A stretch of 64,000 nt of DNA from Rickettsiaceae bacterium (GCA_029251475.1 JAQXDF010000040.1:18535-82534); one strand, 5' to 3'; shown: positions 1 through 10,741, numbered from the stretch's first letter. Numbers and translations: made by a program. The notes: generated by a model not told the origin, from the sequence alone.

Positions 1-185
1 ATAAACGTAAAATACATGGTTGTCCGGAGTATTTAAAGGAGACATTAACGGCTCTGGGGCATCAAGCTCTGCATTCTTTTTATATTAGTTTTATTCACCC
101 AGTAAGCGGCGAAAGGCTTGAGTTCGAAAGAGATGTGCCAACTGAATTGGGTGATTTGATGGAGTTTATTCGTAAAGATCAGTAA
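1..185 (+). CDS. 3' end of an RluA/RluD-family pseudouridine synthase (partial; start lies outside the window)
   Basis: Frame 3 reads ...GHQALHSFYISFIHPVSGERLEFERDVPTELGDLMEFIRKDQ*. The QALH....HP.SGE block resembles the conserved C-terminal motif of RluD-type synthases. Stop TAA at 183-185. Confidence 0.6.
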   Translation, partial: KRKIHGCPEYLKETLTALGHQALHSFYISFIHPVSGERLEFERDVPTELGDLMEFIRKDQ

Positions 186-229
186 TAATACAGGCTGAGT
201 TTGTCTTGGGATTTACGCTGCAACTTATA

Positions 230-258
230 TTGACAATGGCGGAGATTTATTATATAGT
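230..258 (+). promoter_or_regulatory. Candidate sigma70 promoter: TTGACA-N17-TATAGT
   Basis: TTGACA at 230-235, a 17-nt spacer, then TATAGT at 253-258. It lies about 230 nt upstream of the ATG at 488, so the leader would be long. Confidence 0.35.
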
Positions 259-487
259 CCCAGTCCTTGTATAATGTACTAAATATAAATATTATGTCAC
301 GAAAACACGCTTAAATTGATTATTTACCTTGGGTTCTTTGAATTTTTAATTCGTTTAAGTTTGTTTTTGTTATGTTTAGTTTTTTCCTTTCTTTTTTATA
401 CTTTGTTGAGCAATTTTTTGTGAATCAACAAGCTATGGTTACGTCAATTTCCATTTCCATCAATTTAAATAATCCTAGATCAAGCTT

Positions 488-1801
488 ATGTCTATAGTAG
501 ATTCAATATTTAATATCATAACTATTTTAGAGAATTTCTTTTGGGAGTATATAGGGTGGGCTTTGATAATAGGAACTGGAATGTACCTTACATTTATATC
601 TCGTGGTTTGCAATTTCGAGCTCTATTCAATTTCCGTAAAAATATCAAGGAAATTTATTCAGAAGCTGCCATGTCGGATAACGGGGGAGTAAATCCTTTT
701 AAATTATATTTTGCATCAGTGGGAGGCATGGTTGGTCAAGGCAATATAGTTATGATCAGCTTGGCATTGATGATTGGTGGACCAGGTAGTATTTTTTGGA
801 CTATTTTAGCTTCGCTGAGTGGTATGCTTTTAAAATATTCTGAAATTTATTTAGGAGTTAAATATCGTATAAAAAATCCTAATGGAAGTTTCAGTGGCGG
901 CCCAATGTATTTTTTACAAAAAGCCTTTAAGCCAAAAATATTTGCATATATTTTTACATTTTTCCTGTGTTTCTACGGAGTAGAAATCGTACAATTTCTA
1001 ATAATTGTTGATAGATTAGAGTATAGTTTAGAGATAAACAGATATATAATAATTGCCAGCCTTTTATTAACGGTAATATATTCTTCAATAGGAGGCATAG
1101 GACGTCTAGCCAATGTATGTAGCGTGATTATGCCTGTATTTATGATAGGCTATATAATATTTGCACTATATATCATTTCATGTAATGCAAGTCTTTTACC
1201 AGAGTTTTTAAAAACAGTTGTCGTTTCTGCCTTTACGGGCCATGGGGCGGTTGGTGGTTTTGTTGGAAGCTCAATGATATTATCTGCGCATTTGGGGATT
1301 TCAAAAACAGTTTATTCTGGGGATATTGGAATTGGATATGACTCTATTGTACAAAGTGAAACGACAATTTCAAACCCACGAAATCAAGCTATTTTGGCTA
1401 TTTATGCGTTATGTACTGATACATTTATATGTATTTTAACAAACGTAATGCTTGGAGTAACTGGCGCTTGGTATACATTAAATCATATGCAGCCTTCAGA
1501 TATCGTGGCGCAAACATTATCGGAGTATATACCCTATAGTGACTCTTTCATGACTTTGCTTTTGTTTTTTGCAGGCTTCACAACTATCATTGCTTATCTA
1601 GTTGCGGGAACCAAATGTGCGCAATTTATTAACCCAAAATATGGGAAAATAATATACTTGATATACTCTGTTTTTGCATTTATATTCTTTTGTAGTTTCT
1701 CGCAAGAAAATGTCATATTGATTATGGGTTTTACTAGCGCATTTCTTGTTGTGTTGAATATTTGCGGGATATTAAAACTCAGAAAAGATATCGAATTTTA
1801 A
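488..1801 (+). CDS. Sodium:alanine (amino acid carrier, AGCS) family symporter
   Basis: 437-aa polytopic membrane ORF. The N-terminal block GGVNPFKLYFASVGGMVGQGNIVMISLALMIGGPGSIFW is typical of the AGCS family. Confidence 0.75.
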   Translation: MSIVDSIFNIITILENFFWEYIGWALIIGTGMYLTFISRGLQFRALFNFRKNIKEIYSEAAMSDNGGVNPFKLYFASVGGMVGQGNIVMISLALMIGGPGSIFWTILASLSGMLLKYSEIYLGVKYRIKNPNGSFSGGPMYFLQKAFKPKIFAYIFTFFLCFYGVEIVQFLIIVDRLEYSLEINRYIIIASLLLTVIYSSIGGIGRLANVCSVIMPVFMIGYIIFALYIISCNASLLPEFLKTVVVSAFTGHGAVGGFVGSSMILSAHLGISKTVYSGDIGIGYDSIVQSETTISNPRNQAILAIYALCTDTFICILTNVMLGVTGAWYTLNHMQPSDIVAQTLSEYIPYSDSFMTLLLFFAGFTTIIAYLVAGTKCAQFINPKYGKIIYLIYSVFAFIFFCSFSQENVILIMGFTSAFLVVLNICGILKLRKDIEF

Positions 1802-1820
1802 AAATTTTAGGTGGATTCAA

Positions 1821-3407
1821 ATGAAAAACAAACTTTTAGCTATTTTAGTACTAATTTCAGCAATCATTCTTGGCGCATGGTACTATTTGGCGGGTAAATT
1901 CGAGACGCAAGTAAAGGAAGTTTTTCTACCGAAAATAATCGCAGCAAATCCTTGCATCACAGCGGATTTAGATTCTGTTATTATAGATAAATTTAAGTTT
2001 AGATTCACTTTAAAAGATGTATCTTTTTATTCTAAGGATAAATATTTTGTAGTTGATTCTGACAAAATGACGGTGTCATATATGCCATTTACAGGCAATA
2101 TATCTCTATCTTTCAATGGAAATAGATTAGCGACTACTATAGATGGAATTACTACTTACACTCCGGACCCTAGTGATATTATTACTTTTAACAAGGAGAT
2201 ATTAGAAGGTGATTTTAGTAATATTGATATTTCTTACTCTATATTAAAAGAAGAATCTTCATATCTTGCTTCTGATGATCAATTCATTGGAAGTGTAGCT
2301 TCTTCAAAATCTCGGGTTTCAAGTAATTTGAAAGATGGCAATTATATTATTAATTTTAAGAGTGACGCATATGGGGCTATACTCAATCCTGAGTTTGATT
2401 ATATGAGTTTAATGCCAAAATCTTTGAATAATGTAGAAACCATGCAAGATAATAATTTCTTGTCCAACTATGCATTAATAAATAATTACTTGCAAAAACT
2501 ATCATCTGTTCCTGGACCTCAAAACTATTCGATAGACATGACTAATGTTATCGGTTCAGATAAAATCGAATCTATTATCTCTGTCATAAAAGAAGAGGCA
2601 AAAATCGAAGATATGTTTAATAAATCTTTTTTCATTGAAGGTAACTATTCCTTATCTATGCAAGTTAATGTTGGAAATGCAACATTAAGTAAAGTTTCAT
2701 CTTTTTATGCGAAAAATGACGGGAAAAAAATAATAGTAGGTGGTGATTATGACGGTGCAACCAATTATTCACAAGAACAAAAGCAGGAAGTTTATTTAAT
2801 TAATAATGAGTTTTGGGTTGAACGTTTTAAGAAATCAAACCCTAGTTATGCTTCTTTAGATTTCACCCCAATATCTGCAGCTATTATGGATATGGGCAAA
2901 AAAGTAAGCTTTAAGTCGCACACTGAATTGGGTGTAGAAAATAACGATATGGCATCTAATCTAAAAATCGGAGTTAATGATTTTAATTTAGAAATAAACC
3001 ACTCTTTTACTAATAATGTTTATGATACAACATCTACTATAAAAACACCTAAGATGTTGATTGATAGTGCTGTAAATTTTTATGATAATGATCTGAAGCC
3101 TTTGTTATCTCAAAATACAGATGTAAATGAAATTGTTCGTATTCAAAGTTTAGACTTGATGATGAATAATATCAGAGAAAATGGTTTTGATGCTATTGCT
3201 GTATTCCATAATCAAGATAAGCTAGAAGAAAATAATGCATTAGTGTCTAATTTAGTAGTTTCGCTATCACCTTTTAGTATCAAGCTAAATGATAAAAGTT
3301 TGATGCGCATTATTACTGATGTCCGCATGCAGAAATTTTTGAGCAGTATGCCTCAACCACAACCAAAAAAAGAACAAGAAAAAGAATCTGTATTATATGT
3401 CAAGTAA
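1821..3407 (+). CDS. Hypothetical N-terminally anchored protein, possibly YdgA/DUF945-like
   Basis: 528 aa with a single N-terminal TM segment. The motif LGAWYYLAGKFETQVKE resembles the start of YdgA-family proteins. The remainder is Asn/Ser-rich with no motif I recognise. Confidence 0.4.
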   Translation: MKNKLLAILVLISAIILGAWYYLAGKFETQVKEVFLPKIIAANPCITADLDSVIIDKFKFRFTLKDVSFYSKDKYFVVDSDKMTVSYMPFTGNISLSFNGNRLATTIDGITTYTPDPSDIITFNKEILEGDFSNIDISYSILKEESSYLASDDQFIGSVASSKSRVSSNLKDGNYIINFKSDAYGAILNPEFDYMSLMPKSLNNVETMQDNNFLSNYALINNYLQKLSSVPGPQNYSIDMTNVIGSDKIESIISVIKEEAKIEDMFNKSFFIEGNYSLSMQVNVGNATLSKVSSFYAKNDGKKIIVGGDYDGATNYSQEQKQEVYLINNEFWVERFKKSNPSYASLDFTPISAAIMDMGKKVSFKSHTELGVENNDMASNLKIGVNDFNLEINHSFTNNVYDTTSTIKTPKMLIDSAVNFYDNDLKPLLSQNTDVNEIVRIQSLDLMMNNIRENGFDAIAVFHNQDKLEENNALVSNLVVSLSPFSIKLNDKSLMRIITDVRMQKFLSSMPQPQPKKEQEKESVLYVK

Positions 3408-4635
3408 ACTGTCTCCTCTAAGAGGAATGAAGGACCTTTTGCCGAAAGATTTTCGTGTGCATAAACACATAGAAGAAACGGCCTTTAATACAGCTAAATT
3501 ATATGGCTATGAAGGATTTAGCACCCCTATATTGGAAGCTGCTAGCGTTTTTGACCGTACTCTTGGAGATACTTCTGATGTAGTGTCAAAAGAAATGTAT
3601 AGTTTCACAAGCAAGGGCGGAGATCTGATTGCATTACGTCCTGAATTTACTGCTGGTGTAATAAGAGCATTTATTTCTAATGGTTTAAAGCAACAATTAC
3701 CTTTGAAGCTATTTTCTAGTGGCCCTGTTTTTCGTTATGATCGTCCACAAAAAGGACGTCAAAGACAGTTTAACCAATTGAATTTTGAATATATCGGTGC
3801 AAAAGGCCCAATCTCAGATGCGGAGACTATCTGCCTGGCTACTCATATCTTAGAGAAGCTAGATATTTTACAAGATGTAACTTTAGAACTTAATTCTCTT
3901 GGTTGTACGGAATCTAGACAATCTTATCAAGCTGCTCTTATTGAGTATTTCAAAGGTCATTTTGATGAATTATCAGAAGATAGCAAACAACGTCTGTACA
4001 AAAATCCTTTGAGAATACTAGATTCAAAAGATGAGTCTGACAAGAAAATCGCTAAGGGTGCTCCAGTAATCACGGAGTACTATACAAGCTCAGCTGCTGA
4101 ATATTTTGAGCAAGTGAAAAGCTATCTCGACAAAATGCAGGTTAAATACGTTGTTAATCCCAAATTAGCGCGTGGCCTTGATTATTATTCTCACACAGCA
4201 TTTGAATTTATTACCGACAAGCTGGGCTCTCAAAGTACTGTCCTTGCTGGAGGAAGATATGATGGCCTAACTGCTTTAATGGGAGAAGGTGAAATACCAT
4301 CAATTGGGTTTGCCGCTGGTATTGAAAGAATAGCTTTAATGAATGATACTCAGTCACCCGTTAATCGCCCTGTGTTTATTATTCCAATTGGTGATGAATG
4401 TAAGGATTATGCTATTACTACGGCATGTAATTTGCGTAAAAACAATATTACTACGCAAGTAGAGCTCGAAGGAAAAGTGAATAAGCGTATGCAAAATGCT
4501 ATAGCTAAAAACGCTAATTTTGTTATATTTATTGGTTCAGAAGAGTTGGAAAATAAAAGTTATAAATTAAAAAATCTAGATGTCAGTAACGAAATAGAAG
4601 TCACTTATAACGAGTTGCTTGCAAAGTTACTATAA
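3397..4635 (+). CDS. hisS: Histidine--tRNA ligase
   Basis: 412 aa. LRGMKDLLP start, ALRPEFT, FRYDRPQKGRQRQF and GGRYD motifs are characteristic of class II HisRS. Confidence 0.92.
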   Translation: MSSKLSPLRGMKDLLPKDFRVHKHIEETAFNTAKLYGYEGFSTPILEAASVFDRTLGDTSDVVSKEMYSFTSKGGDLIALRPEFTAGVIRAFISNGLKQQLPLKLFSSGPVFRYDRPQKGRQRQFNQLNFEYIGAKGPISDAETICLATHILEKLDILQDVTLELNSLGCTESRQSYQAALIEYFKGHFDELSEDSKQRLYKNPLRILDSKDESDKKIAKGAPVITEYYTSSAAEYFEQVKSYLDKMQVKYVVNPKLARGLDYYSHTAFEFITDKLGSQSTVLAGGRYDGLTALMGEGEIPSIGFAAGIERIALMNDTQSPVNRPVFIIPIGDECKDYAITTACNLRKNNITTQVELEGKVNKRMQNAIAKNANFVIFIGSEELENKSYKLKNLDVSNEIEVTYNELLAKLL

Positions 4636-4650
4636 TAAAGGAAAAAGCCT

Positions 4651-5673
4651 ATGCGTATTTTTAACGTCATGATGTCTAGAGACCTAGGCGGCATACAGCA
4701 GGCATATGCTGATTATAGTGACGCATTAAAAATGCAAGGCCATGAAGTAATTAATATTACTAGCATATTTGCTTTAATCAATCGCAAATCACCAGCACGT
4801 CATTCTCTACTGAATTTAGCTCCTTGGTGCTTTTTATCAAGATTATATTTATGGTTACTGGTTGTTATCTACAAACCAGATCTAATTATTTGTCATGGAA
4901 ATCGAGCCATTTCTTTCTCGATATATCATAAGTTAAAGGATATACCAATTATTGGAGTAGCTCATAATTACAGCTATAAATATTTGCGTAAGTGTGATTA
5001 TGTTTTTACTGTCACGTCTAAACTCAAAGAGTATTTAATCGAGCAGGGCTTTGATGCAAAGCGCTTAATGATTGTGCCTAATATGGTCAAAATACAGAAA
5101 AAATATAAGACTCCTATTTATCGCAAACCTGTTATTATTGGCAGCTTTGGGAGGTTTGTAACGAAAAAAGGTTTTACGTACCTTATTGAAGCAATTAAAT
5201 TATTGAACCAAAATGGATGCCAAGTAAAACTAATATTAGGGGGAGATGGGAAGAATAAGCATTCTCTCGTTAAACAAGTACAAGATTTACGCCTTGCAAA
5301 TGACGTTATATTTCATGGATGGGTTACTGATAAAAAGCAATTTTTTTCAAAAATTGACTTGTTCTGCCTGCCTTCTATAGAAGAACCATTTGGCATTATT
5401 TTGCTTGAGGCAATGGAATATTCAAAGCCTATAGTTGCTACTAAATCAGGAGGCCCAGAAGAAATTATTCGTAATTCTATTGATGGGCTTTTGGCAGAAG
5501 CAGGATCTTCTGTGGATTTAGCTGATAAGCTGCAAGCAGTTATTTCCAATCAAAGTAACACTGAAAACTTGACCAAATCCGCCTATAACAGACTGCATGA
5601 TAGCTACGATATAAAAGTAGTATCTATCAAATTATCATCAATATTAAATAAAATAAAAAAACATGAGCTTTAA
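4651..5673 (+). CDS. Glycosyltransferase family 4 (GT-B, group 1)
   Basis: 340 aa. The C-terminal EEPFGIILLEAMEYSKPIVATKSGGPEEII block is the GT4 E-x7-E region. Confidence 0.8.
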   Translation: MRIFNVMMSRDLGGIQQAYADYSDALKMQGHEVINITSIFALINRKSPARHSLLNLAPWCFLSRLYLWLLVVIYKPDLIICHGNRAISFSIYHKLKDIPIIGVAHNYSYKYLRKCDYVFTVTSKLKEYLIEQGFDAKRLMIVPNMVKIQKKYKTPIYRKPVIIGSFGRFVTKKGFTYLIEAIKLLNQNGCQVKLILGGDGKNKHSLVKQVQDLRLANDVIFHGWVTDKKQFFSKIDLFCLPSIEEPFGIILLEAMEYSKPIVATKSGGPEEIIRNSIDGLLAEAGSSVDLADKLQAVISNQSNTENLTKSAYNRLHDSYDIKVVSIKLSSILNKIKKHEL

Positions 5674-6928
5674 TTCTAGCAAGTTATCTAATGGACTAAA
5701 TGTAGTAACATACTCCATGCCACATGTAAATTCAGTGTCTGTTAATGTAATTGTGACGGTAGGAAGTCGTCATGAAACTTTAGAAGAATCGGGTATTTCT
5801 CACTTTTTAGAACATATGGCATTCAAGGGCACTAAAGAGCGTAGCGCTATTGATATAGCAAAAGAATTCGACTCAATAGGCGGTCATTTCAATGCTTATA
5901 CTAGCCGCGAACAGACAGTATATTATACTAAAGTTTTGAATACTCACACTAAACAAGCGCTTGATATTCTCGCTGATATTTTACTTAATTCGACATTTAA
6001 TGAAGAAGATATTAAAAAAGAGTTTGGTGTTATTTCGCAAGAGATTGCATCGGGTAATGATAGTCCAGATGATTTAGCGCATGAAAAATTCTATGAACTT
6101 GCTTATGGCGAGCATCCACTGGGTAGATCAATATTAGGAACTAAGGAAAATATTGCTCAATTTAACAAGGCGTCATTTCAGCAATATATGGCTAAGCATT
6201 ATAATGCCAGCAATGTTTTTATCTCTATGGCTGGTAAAATAGAGCATGATGAGGCAATAGATCTTGCAGAACAATTCTTTGCAAAACTACCGGAATCTAA
6301 ACCAGAAAGTTACGTGCCAGCCAAATATATTGGGGGCTATGCATTTAAAGAAAAAGAATTAGAGCAAACAACCATTATATTAGGGTTCGAGAGTGTTTCG
6401 TATAAGAACACAGAAGAATTTTACCACGTGCAAATTCTATCTATAATTCTTGGCGGAGGATTATCATCTAGATTATTCCAGAAAATACGCGAAGATTTAG
6501 GCCTGGCATATAGCGTAGGAAGTTGGGCTAGTGCGTTTAGCGATAGTGGTATTTTTAGTATTGGAGCATCTGCTGATCATGCAGATGTTGCGGTGTTGCT
6601 TGAAAATATAATTATGGAAATCAATAAAATTAAGAACCATATTAATGATGAGGAATTGGTGCGCGCCAAAGCCCAAATTGAATCAAATATTTATATGGCA
6701 GAAGAAAAATCAGAATATAAATCAGAAGAAATAGGAAAGAACTTTGCATTGTTTGGACAATATTATTCTCCGCAAGAAGTTATGAAAATTGTAAATGCTA
6801 CTACCATATCGGATTTATTATCTAGCGCTAAAAAAGTTTTTTCAAGCTCTCCAACCTTGTCTGTGGTGGGTACAGCACCTAAAGATTTTGATTTTGAGAA
6901 ATTAAAAAAAGAACTTTTGACAGATTAA
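5663..6928 (+). CDS. M16 family zinc peptidase (pitrilysin / processing-peptidase-like)
   Basis: 421 aa with the inverted zinc motif HFLEHMAFKGT near the N-terminus. Confidence 0.88.
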   Translation: MSFNSSKLSNGLNVVTYSMPHVNSVSVNVIVTVGSRHETLEESGISHFLEHMAFKGTKERSAIDIAKEFDSIGGHFNAYTSREQTVYYTKVLNTHTKQALDILADILLNSTFNEEDIKKEFGVISQEIASGNDSPDDLAHEKFYELAYGEHPLGRSILGTKENIAQFNKASFQQYMAKHYNASNVFISMAGKIEHDEAIDLAEQFFAKLPESKPESYVPAKYIGGYAFKEKELEQTTIILGFESVSYKNTEEFYHVQILSIILGGGLSSRLFQKIREDLGLAYSVGSWASAFSDSGIFSIGASADHADVAVLLENIIMEINKIKNHINDEELVRAKAQIESNIYMAEEKSEYKSEEIGKNFALFGQYYSPQEVMKIVNATTISDLLSSAKKVFSSSPTLSVVGTAPKDFDFEKLKKELLTD

Positions 6929-6984
6929 CTATATTTCTCTACAAAATAGAATTATAATCTTTTCATAATAAAAGGCTAAAACTT

Positions 6985-7623
6985 ATGTTACATAAAAAAG
7001 AACCTAAATTACTAGATAATAATTTGTTATCAGACACTTTAATAAAATTATCTAAAAAGCCTGAAGGCGGAAAAACTAAAGTTTCAGATATAATGGCAGA
7101 ATTTCATGAAAATGGAATTTTACTTGCTCTGGTGTTTTTTGCACTTCCTGTAGCAATACCATTGCCATATCCCCCTGGTTTCACAACTATCATGGGTATA
7201 CCTTTAATGATTTTATCCATTCAGATGTTGATAGGTAGCAAGCAAGTTAAGCTACCAGCAAGGGTGAATAGCTATGAAATCCAGAACTCAACACTTAAGA
7301 TGATAAGTAATAAAATTGTGCCACTACTTAAAACCCTTGAAAAATACATGAAGCCTAGATTTGGCTTTGCGAAGTCTGTTTACTGCGAGCAATTCGTTGG
7401 ATTGTTCTGTTTGATAGCAGCTTTGGCTGTAGCGGTTCCTCTGCCATTGACAAATGCTGTGCCGGCGATGGGAATTGTTATAATGACTCTTGGCTTGCTT
7501 AATCGCGATGGAATTGTGATTATAGCTGGGTTTTTTATAATGATGGTTGGACTGATCATTGCACTAAGCGCTATTATAGGAAGCTGGCTTGCTATTAAAT
7601 ATATTTTTAATACTGTTTTTTAA
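6985..7623 (+). CDS. ExoD-family membrane protein
   Basis: 212 aa. The hydrophobic block LLALVFFALPVAIPLPYPPGFTTIMGIPLMILSIQM matches the ExoD family pattern. Confidence 0.65.
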   Translation: MLHKKEPKLLDNNLLSDTLIKLSKKPEGGKTKVSDIMAEFHENGILLALVFFALPVAIPLPYPPGFTTIMGIPLMILSIQMLIGSKQVKLPARVNSYEIQNSTLKMISNKIVPLLKTLEKYMKPRFGFAKSVYCEQFVGLFCLIAALAVAVPLPLTNAVPAMGIVIMTLGLLNRDGIVIIAGFFIMMVGLIIALSAIIGSWLAIKYIFNTVF

Positions 7624-7629
7624 ATTATA

Positions 7630-8352
7630 ATGAACGAAAAAATTTACAAAGGATCTAGCAAAACTCTTTATCAATCTGATGAAGATTATGCATTAATTAT
7701 GTCTTTTGAAGATAGTCTTTCTATTCAAGGCAAAGAGTCGATAGTTGTTTCTGGGAAGGGGGCTATTAATAATAATATATCCTCATATATCATGCAAAAA
7801 TTGGACATGATAGGCATAGAAAACAACCTTATTGACAAAATCAACATGCGCCAACAGTTAGTACAGTTTGCAGATATATATCCTGTACAAATACAAGTTT
7901 CTACGGTAGCGTGTGGGCGTTATGTGACTGATTTTGGCATGGAAGATGGTTTTGTTTTTGAGTCTCCTATTATTGACTTTAGAGTAAAGAATAAAGACCT
8001 TGGTTATCCTATTATAAATGAATCTCAAATTATTAGTTTTGGTTGGCTTGATAAAAAAGAGCTAAAGGATTTAAAAAACCAAGCGATGAGAGTGCATGAT
8101 TTTCTTTCCGGTCTTTTTGCTAGCGTCCAAATACGTTTGGTTGATGTGAAGCTAGAGTTCGGCCGAGTCTTTAATGGCGAAGAGTTTATTACTATACTTG
8201 TAGATGAAATATCACCAGATACATGCAGATTATGGGATATGCAAACTAATGAAAAATTATGCTATGAAGTAGCAAAAGATAATCCAGATAAAATTATGTC
8301 TACTTATCAAGAGGTTCTCAAACGCTTATTGCCACAGACATCGCAAAAATAA
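7630..8352 (+). CDS. purC: SAICAR synthase (PurC) homolog with divergent motifs
   Basis: 240 aa, colinear with Bacillus-type PurC (KLEFG, DEISPDTCRLWD..TNEKL). Several canonical blocks are substituted (see findings). Confidence 0.7.
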   Translation: MNEKIYKGSSKTLYQSDEDYALIMSFEDSLSIQGKESIVVSGKGAINNNISSYIMQKLDMIGIENNLIDKINMRQQLVQFADIYPVQIQVSTVACGRYVTDFGMEDGFVFESPIIDFRVKNKDLGYPIINESQIISFGWLDKKELKDLKNQAMRVHDFLSGLFASVQIRLVDVKLEFGRVFNGEEFITILVDEISPDTCRLWDMQTNEKLCYEVAKDNPDKIMSTYQEVLKRLLPQTSQK

Positions 8353-8392
8353 GTAAAATAGAAAGATTACTAAGTATAATATTATAAATATT

Positions 8393-10087
8393 ATGAAAAC
8401 AGCTATGAAACTCTATATTAATTTTTTATTCTTATGTGTGCTGCTAGCCTCTAAAATAGCAATTGCTCATGATTATTCATCGATAGGCTATAAAATTTCT
8501 CCACTGCAGAACGCTGCAGTTCCAGTTGTCAGAATAGATACCGAGATTAAAGGAGCATTTGATGCTGGTAACTTAATTATTGATTTACCAAGTCATTGGG
8601 CAGGAGCAAATTATTCTGAGCAAATCAAGAACATCAAAGTTAATAGCTCAGATCGCGGATTTAGCGTAATAAAAAAAGAAAGGAATGAAGATACAGAATA
8701 TGGTCATGAATTAAAGATTATCATTCCACAAAAGACAGATAATATTAAAATAAGCTATGAAATTCATCAGCATCCCCAAAATCCATCACATGTTCATAAA
8801 GCTATGATTCGCCAAGATTTGATTCACTCTCCCGGTTACGGTATGTTTGCAGTTCCATCAGACCTTGAGGATAAAGAAATTAAAATTAATATTGATTGGA
8901 ATGTTCCAGATAAATGGAAAATAATAACATCCCATGGCAATTCTAGATCACTAAATTTTTCAACAACTATTTCAGAATTACTACATAGTATTTACGGCGC
9001 TGGAAATTTACGCATCTACCAAATTGCCGATAAAAACTCCCCCGTGTTTTTATCGTTGTATGGATCATATGATATAAAAGATCGAATAATGGTCTCAAAA
9101 CTTCAAGAAATCATTCAAACCCAAAGGACATTCTTTAATGATCACGATTTTCCATATTATGCCATAAGCATAATCGAAGGTGACGATCCAAATTCCATGG
9201 GTGGCACTAGGTTACATAACAGTTTTACTGCATATTTCCCAAAAGACATAGGGCAGAAATATTGGTATATTATGTTTGCCCATGAGCATATGCATAATTG
9301 GATCGGAGGAAAAATAGGTAAAGATAAGACTGAAATCCTAAATTACTGGTGGACCGAAGGCTTTACTGATTATTATTCACGTGTTCTAGCATTACGCTCA
9401 GGAGGAATTTCTACGGATGAATTTATTGATGAATGCAATTCGTTTCTAAAAAAATATTATCTATCACCTGTTTTAAATGCCTCAAATTCTCGAATAAAAA
9501 AAGATTTTTGGAAGGATCGTCATGTTGAAAAGCTGCCGTATTATCGAGGTTTTGTTTTTGCAATTTATCTAAATGAGCTGATTAAATATTACGACAGTAA
9601 TAATTCGTTCGATAATGTGATACTGGATTTATTTGCAGCGACAGAGAATCAAAGTTTTTCTGTCGAGATATTTAAAAACATTGTGCAGAAATATGTACCA
9701 TCAGGTATAAATATACAAATTTCTGAGTATATTGACCAGGGAAAAACAATTGATCTAAAAGGTCTTGTTGCAGCCCTGCCTGTCAAAAAAACCAAAATAG
9801 GAGAATTTAGTTTTGGATTTGATCGGGAAGCTTTTTTAAACGAATATGTAATAAAAAATATTGACATTAAAAGCAATGCCTATCAAGCTGGACTTCGAAA
9901 TGGGGACAAAATAACAGGATATTGTTTTCCAAAATGGCGTGATCCTGATCAGATTGTAAAGATAAAAACTGAAAATAAGAACTTTCAGTTTCGTCCCGAA
10001 GGATCTGATAAAAAAGATATTTATCAATTCAAAGCAAATTTATCTTACAAAGAGAAAATGAAAATCAGAGCTTTTTTTGGAGGATAA
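8393..10087 (+). CDS. Secreted M61-like metallopeptidase with a C-terminal PDZ domain
   Basis: 564 aa. Has an N-terminal signal-like segment, HEHMHNW (HExxH) followed by WWTEGFTDYY, and a C-terminal PDZ-like AYQAGLRNGDKITG. Confidence 0.7.
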   Translation: MKTAMKLYINFLFLCVLLASKIAIAHDYSSIGYKISPLQNAAVPVVRIDTEIKGAFDAGNLIIDLPSHWAGANYSEQIKNIKVNSSDRGFSVIKKERNEDTEYGHELKIIIPQKTDNIKISYEIHQHPQNPSHVHKAMIRQDLIHSPGYGMFAVPSDLEDKEIKINIDWNVPDKWKIITSHGNSRSLNFSTTISELLHSIYGAGNLRIYQIADKNSPVFLSLYGSYDIKDRIMVSKLQEIIQTQRTFFNDHDFPYYAISIIEGDDPNSMGGTRLHNSFTAYFPKDIGQKYWYIMFAHEHMHNWIGGKIGKDKTEILNYWWTEGFTDYYSRVLALRSGGISTDEFIDECNSFLKKYYLSPVLNASNSRIKKDFWKDRHVEKLPYYRGFVFAIYLNELIKYYDSNNSFDNVILDLFAATENQSFSVEIFKNIVQKYVPSGINIQISEYIDQGKTIDLKGLVAALPVKKTKIGEFSFGFDREAFLNEYVIKNIDIKSNAYQAGLRNGDKITGYCFPKWRDPDQIVKIKTENKNFQFRPEGSDKKDIYQFKANLSYKEKMKIRAFFGG

Positions 10088-10105
10088 TATCATTTTATTA
10101 TTCAA

Positions 10106-10741
10106 CTATATAACTAGCATAATTTGGCCTTGATGTATTTTAATAGAGACCTCGGCGGCGCTCGCTTGATTTCTGGCGCTTGATTTTCCTGCCATGGATA
10201 GGTGCGTATTGTCCAAATTCCACTTCAATCCTTCAGTAGATAAAGTAGCTTCTGGGTAGGGCAGTAGAGAAACCTTATCGCCGATTTTTGTTTTGAAATT
10301 AAATTGATCATATATTGGAATGCAATATTGAGCTTTTTTGGAGCTTCTATTATTATAGAAAACCATGGGGTGTTTATTTCCGTATTTCATTAAGCAACGC
10401 ATATTATTGATGGCATGATCTACTTCTTTGCCGAGTCCACCGCAAACAAGGGCGGGGAATAGAGATCTTTTCTCCATTTCTAAAATTGATTTTTCATAAT
10501 CCGTACTATTTTGATCGGCATGCTTTATATACTCAATATTGGGGTGATTTAAATCTCCAGCAAACGAATCAAAATCTCCAATTATCATCTTGGGATAAAT
10601 GCCCATCTTGATCAAAGAAGCACCAGCTCCATCGGCTGCAATGATTATAAGATTTGGGTGTTTGTTAAAAAAACTCTTCGGTGGTATATCTCCATTTAAA
10701 CAAAGTATACTCTTGAAAGAATCAAATTTGATTTTAGTCAT
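10106..10741 (-). CDS. thiN: Thiamine pyrophosphokinase (thiamine diphosphokinase)
   Basis: 211 aa with GDFDS, DQNSTDYEKS, GGLGKEVDH..NN and EGLKWNL blocks typical of TPK. Its ATG overlaps the upstream stop codon (ATGACTAA). Confidence 0.85.
   Translation of the reverse strand: MTKIKFDSFKSILCLNGDIPPKSFFNKHPNLIIIAADGAGASLIKMGIYPKMIIGDFDSFAGDLNHPNIEYIKHADQNSTDYEKSILEMEKRSLFPALVCGGLGKEVDHAINNMRCLMKYGNKHPMVFYNNRSSKKAQYCIPIYDQFNFKTKIGDKVSLLPYPEATLSTEGLKWNLDNTHLSMAGKSSARNQASAAEVSIKIHQGQIMLVI

Noticed and set aside
186-487. Glycine riboswitch upstream of the sodium:alanine symporter, a common association
   Set aside because: I looked for the GGAGAG...CACCG...CUCAGG core boxes on the plus strand and found none. 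The region is AT-rich with only a promoter-like element.
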